Shown here: piece after piece, positions 54,786-64,000 of the stretch
Layout: each line of letters begins with the position of its first letter
Position numbering within the stretch: position 1 is the stretch's first letter
Assembly (NCBI GenBank): GCA_963745075.1
Contig: CAVUWV010000012.1
Span: 160,001-224,000, forward strand
DNA length: 64,000 nt
Direction: 5' to 3'
Source of the DNA: Candidatus Hydrogenedentota bacterium
GTDB lineage: Bacteria; Hydrogenedentota; Hydrogenedentia; Hydrogenedentales; SLHB01
The notes under the pieces: generated by a model
Seen by the model: only the letters and a program-made list of their open reading frames with translations
Told to the model about the DNA's origin: nothing
Databases searched by the model: none
Program-made: the position numbers and the translations under genes

Positions 54786-56921
54786 ATGCTCTCACTAAAT
54801 GATTGTCAACAAGCTGCGATTACTGCGCCTGACGGTCCCGTCCTCGTGTTGGCCGGTGCCGGGTCGGGGAAAACACGCGTGATCGTGGAACGAATCGCCT
54901 GGCTCGTCTCAGAACGGGGCGTGGACCCCCGCAACGTTCTGGCCCTGACCTTCACCAATAAGGCCGCGGCCGAAATGCGGGCCCGAACCGCCCTACGCTT
55001 GGAGACCGACGCGCTCAGTTCCTGGATGGGGACTTTCCACTCCTTCGGCTTGTTTATCCTGCGCCGCGAGATCGATAAGCTCGGGCGCCGCAAAGACTTC
55101 ACCGTGTTCGACGATGCGGATCAACTGTCCCTCGTCAAACGGATCCTGAAAAGTCTCCCGGCCAACCGCGTCAATGCCTCCCCGCGCGAGATGCTCTCCT
55201 GGATAAGCCGGCTCAAGCAGGACCTGGCGACTCCCGAAGACCGGAAACCGGGTGACGTGGCCCACGACGAAGGATACGAACTTGTCTGGCAGCGTTATCA
55301 TGACGCCCTGGAGCAGTCCTCGGCCGTTGACTTTGATGATTTGCTGGTGTTGACCGCGCGGTTGCTGACCCAATACCCCGACGTTTCCGGGAAGTATCAG
55401 CGGCGGTTTCACCATGTACTGATCGATGAATATCAGGATACAAATCACGCCCAGTATTCCATCGCCAGAAGCCTGACGGACCAACGCGGCAATATCTTTG
55501 TCGTGGGCGACGAAGACCAGGCAATCTACTCGTGGCGTGGCGCGGATATTCGCAACATCCTCGATTTTGAGAAGGATTATCCCGACGCTCGCGTCATCCG
55601 GCTCGAACAGAATTACCGGAGCACGGCCTCCATCTTGGCCGCCGCCAACGCCGTGGTGTCGAACAACGCCTTGCGTCTGGGCAAGACCTTGCGTGCGGAG
55701 CAGCGTGGGGGAGAACGTGTTCGAGCCTACACGGCCGAAGACGGCGAAGCGGAAGCTACCTTCATCTCGGATGATATCGTGAAACGAAATCTGTCGCCGT
55801 CCCAGGTTGCGGTGCTCTACCGGACCAATGGCCAGGCTCGACTCCTCGAGGAAGCCTTTCGCCGGAAAGGGCTGGCCTATACCATCGTCGGCGGCACCCA
55901 GTTCTACGGACGCAAGGAAATTAAAGATCTGCTCGCGTACTTGCGGGTAATCGCCAATCCCGCAGACGACGTCGCCCTGCGCAGAATCATCAACACGCCG
56001 CCGCGCGGGATGGGGGCCAAGACCCTCGAACAGCTTGATGCGTACGTCCGGGAGCGCGGTGAATCGCTCTACCAGGTCCTGCGGGATGTGGAAACGGACC
56101 AGACTTTTTCCGCCCGCGCCCGCGACGCCATCACCGGCTTCGTGCACATCATCGACGATCTGGGGCTCGAGGCCAAAACCGCCGCATTGCCCGGCTTGGT
56201 CGAATCGCTCTTGGACCGCACGGGCTACCGGGCCTACCTACAACATACGGACGAACGCGACTTCCGCACCCGTCTGGAAATGGTTGACGAATTCCTTTCC
56301 GCCTGCGTGTCATACGCAAAGCGTGAGAACGGCTCGCTGGCGGAATTTCTACAAGAGCTTTCCCTCGTCTCCGACGTGGACAATTGGGACGATTCCGCCC
56401 CCACGGCGGCCCTCATGACCTGCCACTCCGCGAAGGGTCTTGAGTTCGATCACATCTACCTGATAGGGTTGGAAGAAGGGCTGCTGCCCCATGCCAGTTC
56501 GCTTGATTCCGAGGAAAGAATTGAAGAAGAACGGCGCCTTTGCTACGTTGCGATGACCCGGGCGCGCAAGTCGCTTACCCTGTGCTCGGCGCGCGTACGA
56601 ACGTTGTTTGGCGAGACCGTCCACTGCAAACCGTCGCGGTTTCTGGAGGAGATCTCCCGGGACACGCTCGACTTCGTCGGCCGCGCAGACGCACCGGTTG
56701 TTCGCGCTTCGGAGTCGATGCCGGCCGTAGCGGCGGCTCAGGCAGGCGGTCTGCGGATCGGCACACGCGTCTGGCACGCGAAATTCGGGAAGGGAACCGT
56801 GATGCAAACCTCCGGTTCCGGAGCGAAACTTCGGGCTCGGATTCGGTTTCAGACCGGACGGTCCCGTGAGTTCATGGTCAGTGCCGCACCGATCAAGATT
56901 CTGGATGGAGACAGCCGGTGA
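54786..56921 (+). CDS. pcrA: ATP-dependent DNA helicase PcrA/UvrD
   Basis: AGAGSGKT, TFTNKAA, DEYQD, QNYRS, HSAKGLEF, EERRLCYVAMTRA and a C-terminal Tudor-like H.KFG.G. Confidence 0.93.
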   Translation: MLSLNDCQQAAITAPDGPVLVLAGAGSGKTRVIVERIAWLVSERGVDPRNVLALTFTNKAAAEMRARTALRLETDALSSWMGTFHSFGLFILRREIDKLGRRKDFTVFDDADQLSLVKRILKSLPANRVNASPREMLSWISRLKQDLATPEDRKPGDVAHDEGYELVWQRYHDALEQSSAVDFDDLLVLTARLLTQYPDVSGKYQRRFHHVLIDEYQDTNHAQYSIARSLTDQRGNIFVVGDEDQAIYSWRGADIRNILDFEKDYPDARVIRLEQNYRSTASILAAANAVVSNNALRLGKTLRAEQRGGERVRAYTAEDGEAEATFISDDIVKRNLSPSQVAVLYRTNGQARLLEEAFRRKGLAYTIVGGTQFYGRKEIKDLLAYLRVIANPADDVALRRIINTPPRGMGAKTLEQLDAYVRERGESLYQVLRDVETDQTFSARARDAITGFVHIIDDLGLEAKTAALPGLVESLLDRTGYRAYLQHTDERDFRTRLEMVDEFLSACVSYAKRENGSLAEFLQELSLVSDVDNWDDSAPTAALMTCHSAKGLEFDHIYLIGLEEGLLPHASSLDSEERIEEERRLCYVAMTRARKSLTLCSARVRTLFGETVHCKPSRFLEEISRDTLDFVGRADAPVVRASESMPAVAAAQAGGLRIGTRVWHAKFGKGTVMQTSGSGAKLRARIRFQTGRSREFMVSAAPIKILDGDSR

Positions 56922-57988
56922 CACTCGAAGATTTGCGCGCCAGGATCGACAGCCTGGATGCCGAGATTCTTAAGCTCTTGAATGAGCGGGCCAAGTGCGC
57001 CCTCGATATCGGCGAAATCAAACGGTCGAAAAACTCCGAGTACTACGTCCCCGAGCGCGAAAAGACCATCTTCGACAAGGTGCGCGCCGCGAATCCCGGC
57101 CCCCTTCCCGAAACCGCCATCAAGGCCATTTACCGGGAAATCATCAGCGCCGTCCGCGCGCTGGAAAAGCCACTCGAGATCGCCTTTCTCGGTCCCAAGG
57201 ACACCTTCAGCCATATGGCTGCTCGTCGCATCTTCGGATCGAGTGCCGAATTTCTTCCCGTTCCCACCGTGGAAGACATCTTCGCCGAAGTGGAGCGAAA
57301 ACGGGCGGATTACGGCGTGGTGCCCGTCGAAACGGCCATGGGCGGCGGCGTCAGCGATACGCTGGACCGGTTCGTCACGTCGGACCTCAAGATCATCAAC
57401 GAAGTTATGCTGCACGTGAATCAGAATCTCCTGTCCAACAGCCCGATCGAGGAGATCAAGCACGTCTACTCGAAGGTCCAGCCCTTCGTTCAGTGCCGGA
57501 ACTGGCTCAAGGCCAACCTGCCCACGGCCGACTTGGTCGAGACCGCGAGCACCGCGGAAGCCGCCCGCATTGCAGCGAACACCCCGGGCGCAGCCGCCAT
57601 CGCCAGTACACTCGCTGCCGAGACGTATTCCATCGCGATCGTCGCCCGCGGCATCGAGGATAGCCCCAACAATTTCACGCGTTTCTTCGTCATCGGCCGG
57701 CACATGGCCAAGCCTTCGGGCAACGACAAGACCGCGGTACTGTGCTCCATTACCGACCATCAAGGCGCACTCTACGAGCTGTTGAAACCCATGGCGGAAC
57801 AGGGGATCAACCTGACGCGAATCGAATCGCGTCCATCCCAGAAGCGCGCCTGGGAGTACGTGTTCTTCATCGACGTGCTCGGGCATGTCGATGAGCCCAA
57901 AATCCGAAAAGCCATCGACCAACTCGCAAACCAGTGCAAAGAACTCAAAATCTTGGGATCTTTCCCCTGTGGGGAATTGGAAGATTAG
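56918..57988 (+). CDS. pheA: Chorismate mutase / prephenate dehydratase
   Basis: LRARID..D chorismate mutase domain, NFTRF, and ACT domain IESRP. Confidence 0.95.
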   Translation: MTLEDLRARIDSLDAEILKLLNERAKCALDIGEIKRSKNSEYYVPEREKTIFDKVRAANPGPLPETAIKAIYREIISAVRALEKPLEIAFLGPKDTFSHMAARRIFGSSAEFLPVPTVEDIFAEVERKRADYGVVPVETAMGGGVSDTLDRFVTSDLKIINEVMLHVNQNLLSNSPIEEIKHVYSKVQPFVQCRNWLKANLPTADLVETASTAEAARIAANTPGAAAIASTLAAETYSIAIVARGIEDSPNNFTRFFVIGRHMAKPSGNDKTAVLCSITDHQGALYELLKPMAEQGINLTRIESRPSQKRAWEYVFFIDVLGHVDEPKIRKAIDQLANQCKELKILGSFPCGELED

Positions 57989-58041
57989 CGAATTCGCTGG
58001 TTTGACAGACCGGCCCGAGTTCGCCGAGGAGGATAACGACG

Positions 58042-58821
58042 TTGAAGAAAGCCCTGCCCTATATCGCCGTGGTAGTCGTCGGCCTGGTGGCCCTTTATCT
58101 TGTTTACGATTTTCAGACCAATCGACTGACGGTCAAACGGCAACAGGATATACGCCAAGCCGAACAACGGCTCTCGGACGTGGAAGCGGAAGCAGATGAG
58201 ACCGCCGACGAGCAATCGGATCGGGCTCCCGACCAATTCAAGGTTGCTTTTGATTGTTCGAACGGCACATTTGTGGTGGAGTGCCATCGGGACTGGGCGC
58301 CGAACGGTGTGGACCGGTTTTACAAACTCGTCAAATCCGGGTTCTACAATGACAACCGCGTTTTCCGGGTCGTGAAGAGTTTCGCGGCCCAGTTCGGCAT
58401 TTCCGGCCAACCAGCACTGAACGCCCAATGGATGCAGTCGACCATACCGGACGATCCGGTGAAAGAATCCAACACCCGTGGCCGGCTCACATTCGCCGCC
58501 GGCCGCGATCCGCACTCACGCTCGACGCAGGTTTTCATAAACCTCGCCAACAACCTCCGCCTGGACAGCATGGGATTCGCGCCCATCGGCGAAGTTGTCG
58601 AGGGTATGGAGACCGTCGACGGATTCTTTTCCGGATACGGAGAGCAAGTGACGAATCTGCAGCAGAAGATTGCCGGGGAAGGAAACGGGTTCCTCGATCA
58701 AAACTTTCCAAAACTCAGCACCATCAAACGGGCGCACATTGTCAGTGTCAACGGCGCGGAATCGGAAGGCGATTCCACTGCTGAACCCGTCGGAACGTCC
58801 GATTCCGGCGCCACGAACTAG
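58042..58821 (+). CDS. Cyclophilin-type peptidyl-prolyl isomerase, membrane anchored
   Basis: WAP.GVDRF, FRVV..F..QFGI, TQVFINL; N-terminal TM helix. Confidence 0.88.
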   Translation: MKKALPYIAVVVVGLVALYLVYDFQTNRLTVKRQQDIRQAEQRLSDVEAEADETADEQSDRAPDQFKVAFDCSNGTFVVECHRDWAPNGVDRFYKLVKSGFYNDNRVFRVVKSFAAQFGISGQPALNAQWMQSTIPDDPVKESNTRGRLTFAAGRDPHSRSTQVFINLANNLRLDSMGFAPIGEVVEGMETVDGFFSGYGEQVTNLQQKIAGEGNGFLDQNFPKLSTIKRAHIVSVNGAESEGDSTAEPVGTSDSGATN

Positions 58822-58832
58822 GGAGTTTACTG

Positions 58833-59369
58833 ATGCCAGCAGCCGTCCCGGATACCTTCAAGATTACGTTCGAGTGCTCCAATGGCGTATTCGTTCTGGA
58901 ATGTACGCGCGCGTGGGCGCCCCACGGCGTGGACCGTCTGTACGACTTGGTCAACCGCGGTTTCTATGACGATGCGCGGTTCTTTCGCGTGGTGACCAAT
59001 CCGCGACCCTTCGTCATCCAATTTGGAATTCCCGCCGACCCCGAAGTGGCGGCACAATGGCGCGATGCCACGATCCCTGACGATCCGGTGATCGAGACCA
59101 ATGCGCCGGGAACCGTTACGTTTGCCACCGCCGGACCCAACACGCGGACCACGCAGCTTTTTGTCAACCTGGGCGACAATGCCTTTCTCGACAGCCAGGG
59201 ATTTTCGCCCATCGGCCGAATTGTCGAGGGACTTGATGTGGTTCAGGCCATCAACGACGAGTACGGCGAACGGCCCGACCAGGGGCGAATCCAGCAACAA
59301 GGGAACGAGTATTTGAATACAACTTTCCCAAACATGGACTATATTAAGGCGACTCGTATCGAAGAATGA
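58833..59369 (+). CDS. Cyclophilin-type peptidyl-prolyl isomerase
   Basis: FFRVV, QFGI, GPNTRTTQLFVNL motifs. Confidence 0.9.
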   Translation: MPAAVPDTFKITFECSNGVFVLECTRAWAPHGVDRLYDLVNRGFYDDARFFRVVTNPRPFVIQFGIPADPEVAAQWRDATIPDDPVIETNAPGTVTFATAGPNTRTTQLFVNLGDNAFLDSQGFSPIGRIVEGLDVVQAINDEYGERPDQGRIQQQGNEYLNTTFPNMDYIKATRIEE

Positions 59370-59426
59370 CCGGGCTGTATCGAGCGGCGCGGTGAACGAC
59401 GCGCGGCTTCGCGTGGAAGGGTTTGT

Positions 59427-60413
59427 ATGAGCAGTGTCGTCCGTTGGGGAATTCTAAGTACGGCACGCATTGGGCGTGCCCTCATTCAAGGCATCGGGGA
59501 TTCCGGCGAGAATTGCGTTCAGGCAGTGGCCAGCCGCGAGTGGACCCGCGCCTCGGAATGGGCCAAGGAGTACGGTGTGCCCCGGGCGTTTGGCTCCTAC
59601 GACGACATGCTGAATTCCGGTGAAATCAGCGCCGTCTACAATCCTCTTCCAAACAGCATGCACGCCGAGTGGACCCTTAAGGCCCTCGAAGCGGGCTTGC
59701 CGGTGCTTTGTGAGAAGCCGTTCACGCTCAATTCGGCTGAAGCGCGCGAAGTCGCCGCCGTGGCAAAACGCAAGGGGTTGCCCGTTGCAGAAGCCTTCAT
59801 GTACCGCTTCCATCCCATCTACGACCGCGTTCTCGATACCATTGCGTCGGGTTCGATCGGTGACGTGATGGCAATTCGATCGGCGTTCACCTTCCGATTA
59901 CCGGACAAGAACAATATCCGATGGAGCACCGATCTGGGCGGCGGCGCATTGATGGATCTCGGGTGCTACTGCGTGAGCCTCAGCCGGATGATCGCGGGTT
60001 GCGAGCCGATCCGGGCCGGCGGCATCGAACGGCGGTCCGGTGTCGACGGCACCATGATTGGCGTCCTCGAATTCCCGGGCAACGTGCTGGCCCATTTCGA
60101 GGTTAGTTTCGAACAGTATGGCCGCTCCTTCGCCGAGATCGAAGGAACCGATGGCGTCATCATACTGCAACGGCCTTGGTTTCCGGGCGAACATACCGCC
60201 GAATTCCTGATCCGGCGGGAAGGTCGCGAGGAAACCGTTTCAGTGCCCGGTGCGAATTCCTATCGTTTGGAGGTCGAAGACTTCGGCCGGGCGTGCCGGA
60301 CCCGGCAGGCGGCGCGTTGGTCCGTGGACGATGCCGTTGCGAACATGGCCGCGATCGATTCGTTGTACCAGTCCGCTTGGGTGCACCATCCCGTCCAAGT
60401 GTCGACGTCCTGA
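59427..60413 (+). CDS. Gfo/Idh/MocA family oxidoreductase
   Basis: WGILSTA.I, CEKP, EAFMYRFHP and GGGALMDLGCY motifs. Confidence 0.92.
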   Translation: MSSVVRWGILSTARIGRALIQGIGDSGENCVQAVASREWTRASEWAKEYGVPRAFGSYDDMLNSGEISAVYNPLPNSMHAEWTLKALEAGLPVLCEKPFTLNSAEAREVAAVAKRKGLPVAEAFMYRFHPIYDRVLDTIASGSIGDVMAIRSAFTFRLPDKNNIRWSTDLGGGALMDLGCYCVSLSRMIAGCEPIRAGGIERRSGVDGTMIGVLEFPGNVLAHFEVSFEQYGRSFAEIEGTDGVIILQRPWFPGEHTAEFLIRREGREETVSVPGANSYRLEVEDFGRACRTRQAARWSVDDAVANMAAIDSLYQSAWVHHPVQVSTS

Positions 60414-60431
60414 ATCGGCGGATCCCTCGCA

Positions 60432-60905
60432 ATGTCTCCGGAAACGCCTTCCCCAGAATCCGCATCTCTCCCCGGACTGGCGATCCGAATTGCCGCGCTC
60501 GAGGAAATCGTCGATCTTCGCGACGAAGTCATAATCAAAGGAACCGGCCGGTCGAACCCCGAATTCGACGGAGACCGCGATTCCGACACCATCCATATCG
60601 GCGCCTTCGAGGGGCGACGAACCGTCGGGTGTGCGACGTTCTTGCGAAGCGTCTGGAACGAGGAGCCGGCCTGGCAATTGCGCGGAATGGCGACGGCCGG
60701 CGACATGCGCCGTCGTGGCGTTGGCGCCGCCGTGCTGACAGAAGCGGAGCGGATTCTACGGGACCGCTCGGCAACACGCCTGCTGTGGTGCAACGCCCGG
60801 CACGTGGCGGTCGAGTTCTACCTGCGGCAAGGCTGGACATCAGCCTCAGACGAATTCCCGACCCCCGGCATCGGCATGCAGCGCAAAATGACGAAACGAT
60901 TCTGA
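60432..60905 (+). CDS. GNAT family N-acetyltransferase
   Basis: QLRGMAT...RRRGVG, WCNAR and FY..GW motifs. Confidence 0.88.
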   Translation: MSPETPSPESASLPGLAIRIAALEEIVDLRDEVIIKGTGRSNPEFDGDRDSDTIHIGAFEGRRTVGCATFLRSVWNEEPAWQLRGMATAGDMRRRGVGAAVLTEAERILRDRSATRLLWCNARHVAVEFYLRQGWTSASDEFPTPGIGMQRKMTKRF

Positions 60906-60910
60906 TGGCG

Positions 60911-61693
60911 CTACGTCCGGGTGTCCGGGTCCCACTTCGGGAGCCGTTTCTCCGTGAATGCCCGCATTCCTTCCAACGCCTCGTCTGAGGCACGCACTTC
61001 GTTATGCCATTTCATTGCTTGCATCAGATCGTCTTCCAACGAAGTTGGCCACAGCGTATCGAGCAATTCGCGCGATCGCTTGACGGCGCCGGGAGCGCCT
61101 TTTAGAACCGATGCCCCCAGTTCCAGTGCGGTCGGCATTAGGTCTTGTTCTGCAACGACCCGGTTCACGAGACTCATCGTCTGCGCGGTACGCGCATCGA
61201 CGAGTTCCCCGAGGATCAACAATTCCCGCGTCACGCGATCGCTGACTTGCCGCCTCAGCAGGGTGGTTACGAGTCCGGCAACCAATCCGCGCCTCACTTC
61301 AGGATATCCAATCTTCGTATCCTCCGCCGCCACCACCAAATCGCAGGCCGTCATCAGGCCCGCGCCACCCGCAACGGCCGCGCCGTGAACGGCCGCAATC
61401 GTCGCCGCGCGCGACGCGTGTACGGTCAGCAATATGCGCGCGATCAGTTCCGCGGATTGGTGAGCGCCGGTGGCATCTTGGGCTTCCGCCAGATCCAGTC
61501 CCGCACAGAATACCGGCCCGTCGCCCGCCAAGACGATGACCCGGACGGATTCATCGTCATTCAGGACCTCAAAACCATCGCAGAGCGCCGTCATCAATGG
61601 CACGTTCAATGCGTTGCGCTTGTCCGGGCGGTTCAGCCTCACCACGACGATGCCGGGCGTATCTCGGATCACGCGAATCAGCGTTTCACTCAT
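60911..61693 (-). CDS. Enoyl-CoA hydratase/isomerase (AtuE/LiuC-like)
   Basis: LNRPDKRNAL, FCAGLDL, AGGAGL, PEV and EKRLPKW motifs. Confidence 0.9.
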   Translation of the reverse strand: MSETLIRVIRDTPGIVVVRLNRPDKRNALNVPLMTALCDGFEVLNDDESVRVIVLAGDGPVFCAGLDLAEAQDATGAHQSAELIARILLTVHASRAATIAAVHGAAVAGGAGLMTACDLVVAAEDTKIGYPEVRRGLVAGLVTTLLRRQVSDRVTRELLILGELVDARTAQTMSLVNRVVAEQDLMPTALELGASVLKGAPGAVKRSRELLDTLWPTSLEDDLMQAMKWHNEVRASDEALEGMRAFTEKRLPKWDPDTRT

Positions 61694-62058
61694 CGTGCGG
61701 CATCCTCCTCCGCCACACACCCCGCGAAGATGTCCTCCGGAATCTCTAGAAGCATCTCCAGCGCGATTTGTCCCAATGCCTTGCCCTGCGCGTCAATGCG
61801 CAGAGACCGGCTGCCACCACCCGCCAGCACGTTGACCAGAACGAAATTCAGTGTGTGCAGTTTCGGTACCTCGTACCGCTCCACCGCGTCGCATCCCATG
61901 GGCTGGAAATACCGTGCCAAAACGTCCTCCGTGAGATGTTCGGCCAGATAGCCGTATCCCGCCGCGGTCCGCGCAAACACGCCCAAGGTCGCGCTGGCGC
62001 CCTTGTCACCACTGCGCGCGTGGGCGATGTCGCCAAGTCGTATCGTACGATCCACCAT
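61690..62058 (-). CDS. AtuA-related small protein (AtuA C-terminal domain)
   Basis: HARSGDKG, LNFVL..VLAGGG...LRIDAQGK motifs. Confidence 0.85.
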   Translation of the reverse strand: MVDRTIRLGDIAHARSGDKGASATLGVFARTAAGYGYLAEHLTEDVLARYFQPMGCDAVERYEVPKLHTLNFVLVNVLAGGGSRSLRIDAQGKALGQIALEMLLEIPEDIFAGCVAEEDAAR

Positions 62059-62102
62059 ATATCTTCTCTTTCCATTCGCCGTTCGAGCGGCCTCCCCCGA
62101 AT

Positions 62103-63467
62103 CTAAATGGCCACAATCTCGACCTTGGGCGAGACATCCTTCTTGGGAATCAAGCAGGGCCAATACCCAAACACGGGACTCACCCGCGGCCGCCCGCCGG
62201 AGAATCCCGTGACACCCTGCGGACCACTGGTGACCAGCGGAGCGAGTTCGCGCGAAAACCGTTCGACCGCGTCTTTTCGAGGATCGGCCACACTGATGCG
62301 CAGCACGGTCTCCAGCAAGTCGGGTTCGGGGAACATACCAGGCGCGCAGGCGCCCGCACCGAGACATTCGACTTCATAGCGTTCCAGTTCCACTCCCGCT
62401 CGAAGCAAACGCTCCCGCACAATCTCACCGCATCGCTTTGCCTTTGCTACGGCGTTGTGCCCGAAAATGGTCAACGTGCCTTGGGCCCAGTAGCCGTCCC
62501 GATACGTTGCGCTGACTTTGTACATGTCCGTCGCCGGTTTGCCCTTCGCGCCGCGTACGCGGACACGGTCGTTCCCGGACTGGTCAAGCCGGATATCCAA
62601 CATCGACACCGTCGCGTCTGGGCTCAGATACTTACCCGGGTCGCCGATTTCGTAGAAGAGCTGTTCCTTAACGGTCTCGACCGTGACGCACCCGCCGCTT
62701 TCCGGCGGTTTGGTTACGACACATGCCCCATCTTCGTACAACTCGACGAACGGAAAGCCCATGTCTTCCGGATTGGGCACATCCAACCAGTTCGTGGAAA
62801 TGCCTCCCGTTACCTGAGTACCGCATTCGATGATGTGTCCGGCGACCAGTGCGCCTGCAATGCGGTGATAGTCCTCCCAATCCCAGCCGTAATGAAAGAC
62901 CGCAGGTCCCAGCACCAACGACGGGTCGGCGACGCGCCCGGTGATAACGATGTCCGCGCCTGCCGCGAGTGCGTTCGCAACAGGCCGTGCACCGAAGTAG
63001 GCATTTGCCGTGACCAACCGATTCAGCACGTCGCCGATGGGCGCGCCGGTTTCGAGATTACGGAACGGGTCGCCAAGTGGATTTTTCGTCGCACGGACTT
63101 GGTCCAAGACATCGTCACCGCGAACGACTCCAATGGTAAGCCCCGTGCACCCCAGTTCACGCAATGCCGCCGCGCACGCTTCCGCGCAGCCTATGGGATT
63201 CAAACCGCCCCCGTTGGTAACCACCCGGCACCGCGAACCGCTCTTCCACTCCGGCGCCAACGAACGGACCACGTCCACGAAATCTTGCGCAAAGCCGCGC
63301 GTCGGGTCCCGCTGTTGTTGGGCCGCCATGATGCTGAGCGAGACCTCGGCCAGGTAGTCCAGCGTCAGGTAGTCGAGGTCCGGCTGTTGCGCCAATAGGG
63401 TGGCCGGCGCATCGACCGCATCACCCCAGAATCCCTGGGCGTTCCCTATTCGTATGCAATCACTCAT
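62103..63467 (-). CDS. Acyclic terpene utilization AtuA family protein (DUF1446)
   Basis: GFWGD, DYLAE, GRVADPS, GHIIECG.QVTGG and EQLFYEI.DP motifs. Confidence 0.9.
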   Translation of the reverse strand: MSDCIRIGNAQGFWGDAVDAPATLLAQQPDLDYLTLDYLAEVSLSIMAAQQQRDPTRGFAQDFVDVVRSLAPEWKSGSRCRVVTNGGGLNPIGCAEACAAALRELGCTGLTIGVVRGDDVLDQVRATKNPLGDPFRNLETGAPIGDVLNRLVTANAYFGARPVANALAAGADIVITGRVADPSLVLGPAVFHYGWDWEDYHRIAGALVAGHIIECGTQVTGGISTNWLDVPNPEDMGFPFVELYEDGACVVTKPPESGGCVTVETVKEQLFYEIGDPGKYLSPDATVSMLDIRLDQSGNDRVRVRGAKGKPATDMYKVSATYRDGYWAQGTLTIFGHNAVAKAKRCGEIVRERLLRAGVELERYEVECLGAGACAPGMFPEPDLLETVLRISVADPRKDAVERFSRELAPLVTSGPQGVTGFSGGRPRVSPVFGYWPCLIPKKDVSPKVEIVAI

Positions 63468-63477
63468 TTCACCACCG

Positions 63478-64000
63478 TCACGTTTGAATCACGCCCGTGT
63501 GAAAACGCGCGGGCGGCGGCGTGCGTGAAACCAGTTCCAAAGTCCGAATCAACACGTCACGGGTCGTGTGAGGTGCGATAATCGCATCCACCCAGCCGCG
63601 AGCCGCCCCATACCGGATATCGGTTTGTTCTTGATAGCCCTCTTTGACGTCTTCCCGAAGCCGCTCGAGTGCGTCGTGATCGAATTCCTTCCCGTCGCGC
63701 TCGGCGGCCTTCTTCAAAATCGTGAACACGGTACCCGAAGCCTGATCGGCGCCCATCACCGCATATTTGGCGTTGGGCCACGCGAATATGAACCGCGGGT
63801 CATAGGCCTTGCCACACAGGGCGTAGTTCCCTGCGCCGAACGAACCGCCGACCACGACGGTGATCTTCGGCACCACGGAATTGCTCACCGCGCTCACCAA
63901 CTTGGCGCCGCTGCGAATGATACCGGATTGTTCCGCATCGCGGCCGACCATAAACCCGACGACATCCTGAAAGAACACCAGGGGCAGGCCCGATTGGTTA
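63478..64000 (-). CDS. Acyl-CoA carboxylase beta subunit (MccB/AtuC-like), 5' truncated by window edge
   Basis: GFMVG..AE..GII..GAK and GSFGAGNYA.CG motifs; frame open to the window end. Confidence 0.9.
   Translation of the reverse strand, partial: NQSGLPLVFFQDVVGFMVGRDAEQSGIIRSGAKLVSAVSNSVVPKITVVVGGSFGAGNYALCGKAYDPRFIFAWPNAKYAVMGADQASGTVFTILKKAAERDGKEFDHDALERLREDVKEGYQEQTDIRYGAARGWVDAIIAPHTTRDVLIRTLELVSRTPPPARFHTGVIQT

Overview
GC-rich bacterial chromosomal window with about 50 CDS and no rRNA, tRNA, CRISPR array, transposase or prophage that I could recognise. The gene repertoire (membrane-tethered ECF sigma, prepilin-type protein, sulfatase, heparinase, DUF58/DUF4129) suggests a PVC-like or Hydrogenedentes-like organism, but that is inference only. 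Left half, accessory: PAS/HisKA_2 kinase plus hybrid kinase, exported nitrilase, IorAB-like molybdoenzyme, Tat intradiol dioxygenase, a stress cassette (lipoprotein, DUF1328, entericidin) behind two divergent sigma54 promoters, TrkA-C, CBS, fdhA, heparinase II/III, LAL regulator plus methyltransferase, sulfatase, two unknown paralogous membrane proteins, PLD and a multidomain phosphoesterase. Right half, more housekeeping: ruvAB, plsY-der-pgsA, pcrA-pheA, cyclophilins, a WbqC-DegT-WecA cluster, a GH100 invertase and an atu-like acyl-CoA carboxylase cluster. Several REP/REPIN-like palindromes are present. Three genes carry single-base frameshifts that look like assembly indels. The best novelty candidates are the sigma54-driven small stress-protein cassette, the unknown tandem membrane paralog pair and the GH100 invertase in an apparently non-cyanobacterial context.
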